A DNA stretch of 63,019 nucleotides, filler included, from Olpidium bornovanus S191 (lineage: Eukaryota > Fungi > Olpidiomycota), in assembly GCA_017911155.1 (NCBI GenBank). It is 30 parts of 30 records of this genome, joined end to end, with 100 filler letters (N's around TTAATTAATTAA, not from the genome) between each part and the next. Parts side by side here need not be neighbours in the genome. Positions count along the whole stretch, not along the records: positions 61,993 to 63,019 come from JAEFCI010003247.1; 29 more parts are not named here. One strand, 5' to 3'. A program made the position numbers and the translations under genes. Below, piece by piece: positions 62,225-63,019 of this stretch (positions are counted from its first letter, which is position 1; each line of letters starts with the position of its first letter). The notes under the pieces were generated by a model. It made no database searches. It saw nothing but the letters and a program-made list of their open reading frames with translations, and was not told the origin of the DNA.

Positions 62225-62315
62225 ACTTTACACGTCACCTTTTTTTTACTTGACACGTCACCAATTTTTTTTTACTTGACACGTCACTTTTTTTATTTGA
62301 CACGTCACTTTTTTC
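62225..62315. repeat. Four tandem ACTTGACACGTCAC-(T)n units, 21-26-bp period
   Basis: TGACACGTCA at 62251, 62277 and 62298, TTACACGTCA at 62228, each followed by a T tract. Confidence 0.92.
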
Positions 62316-62352
<37 letters not shown>

Positions 62353-62359
62353 CTCGCAG

Positions 62360-62513
62360 GCCTCCCGTCGGCGAAGCCTGGATCCGTCGGCAGAGACGGT
62401 ACACGGCGGGGGGGGGGGGGTGCGCTCCGCACGCGTCTCCCCCCTTCTCCCCCCCCCCCAAGCTCGCTTGCCCGGCAGATGTTCTGGCAGAATATGCGCC
62501 GAGTTTTAAGTAG
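62360..62513 (+). CDS. Two terminal exons of an unknown gene
   Basis: CAG|62360-62398 (ASRRRSLDPSAET)|GTACAC...AAG|62463-62513 (LACPADVLAEYAPSFK*), both phase 0; candidate upstream donor GTATGT at 62001. Confidence 0.4.
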
Positions 62514-62714
62514 AGCCGTGATCTGCGCGCGCGGGGGGGGAAGGGGCGGCGGGAGGGGTGCGCGTGGGGGGGAAGCGGGGGGGGGAACGTGCGCTCCCCG
62601 CAGAGAGGGCGCCCGCGTGTGGCGGGGGTGGGGGGGGGGGGGTTTGTGTCGAGAATAAAGGGGGAGGCTGAGCAGCACGAGCACTGCGCACACCAAAAGC
62701 CCCTGCTACCCCTT

Positions 62715-62837
62715 TGTAGAGTTTCTAGCTTCCGCCATATAAAGCAGGCCTGGAGTAGATAGCGGTGCCACGCCCTGAATACAATCCTCTTCTTCTCCTT
62801 CGGCTTCGGGTTCGGTCTACGGCTTCCGAAACCAACA
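62715..62837 (+). mobile_element. Copia 5' LTR (123 bp)
   Basis: TGTAGAG...TATAAA...CCAACA directly followed by the PBS. Confidence 0.75.
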
Positions 62838-62849
62838 GGTTATGAGCCC
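62838..62849 (+). promoter_or_regulatory. Copia primer-binding site GGTTATGAGCCC
   Basis: Identical to the PBS at 32605-32616; abuts the LTR end CCAACA. Confidence 0.88.
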
Positions 62850-62914
62850 AAACCGCCAACTCTTCCCTGTCCGACGAACCACGGAAAGGACCGGAAGTCG
62901 CGTAAACGGCGACC

Positions 62915-63019
62915 ATGGAGAAGAAGAAGCCCGCCAAGACGACGGAGACCCTTTTGGAGGGAACTACCGTGAAGCCGCCATGCCAGGCGGACTACGAACG
63001 CCTGCGGAGCAAATGGGGC
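62915..63019 (+). mobile_element. Start of copia gag, frameshifted
   Basis: ATG 66 nt after the PBS; LEG/NYRE..M resembles the gag L.G.NY..W...M motif. Confidence 0.5.

Overview
This window is not one locus. It is a pseudo-scaffold of 30 short contigs (about 1.0-3.9 kb) joined by 29 identical 100-nt linkers (N44-TTAATTAATTAA-N44), so gene order across linkers carries no biological meaning by default. The DNA is eukaryotic, GC-rich and intron-rich (GT..AG introns, CTAAC/CTGAC branch sites). Fungal-type genes (HRQ1, PEX19, APP1-like, Kre9-like GPI protein, NoxA motif) occur alongside a SHIPPO/ODF3-like ciliary gene, which points by inference to a zoosporic early-diverging fungus. Recognisable genes, mostly truncated by contig ends: SGF29, mitochondrial uS7, RPL19 (complete), PRE9, PEX19, HRQ1, a DPB4-like histone fold, an importin-13/transportin-3-like karyopherin, RCC1, SEC2-like GEF, APP1-like phosphatase, a PH + giant coiled-coil protein and a Kre9-like GPI protein. 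TE debris is abundant: Ty1/copia (two with a half-tRNA-iMet PBS), Ty3/gypsy RT, PIF/Harbinger, pogo/Tigger and a BED finger. Technical signatures are strong: 18 of 58 linker-adjacent ends are exactly CATG, homopolymer runs are very long, and there is one fold-back and one probable misjoin. I found no multi-gene novel system that I can support. The best leads are the PH/coiled-coil protein, the ciliary SHIPPO-like gene, the half-tRNA-primed copia families, the CATG-end pattern (possibly a 6mA footprint) and two small repeat arrays. All calls are from motif recognition by eye; no searches were run.
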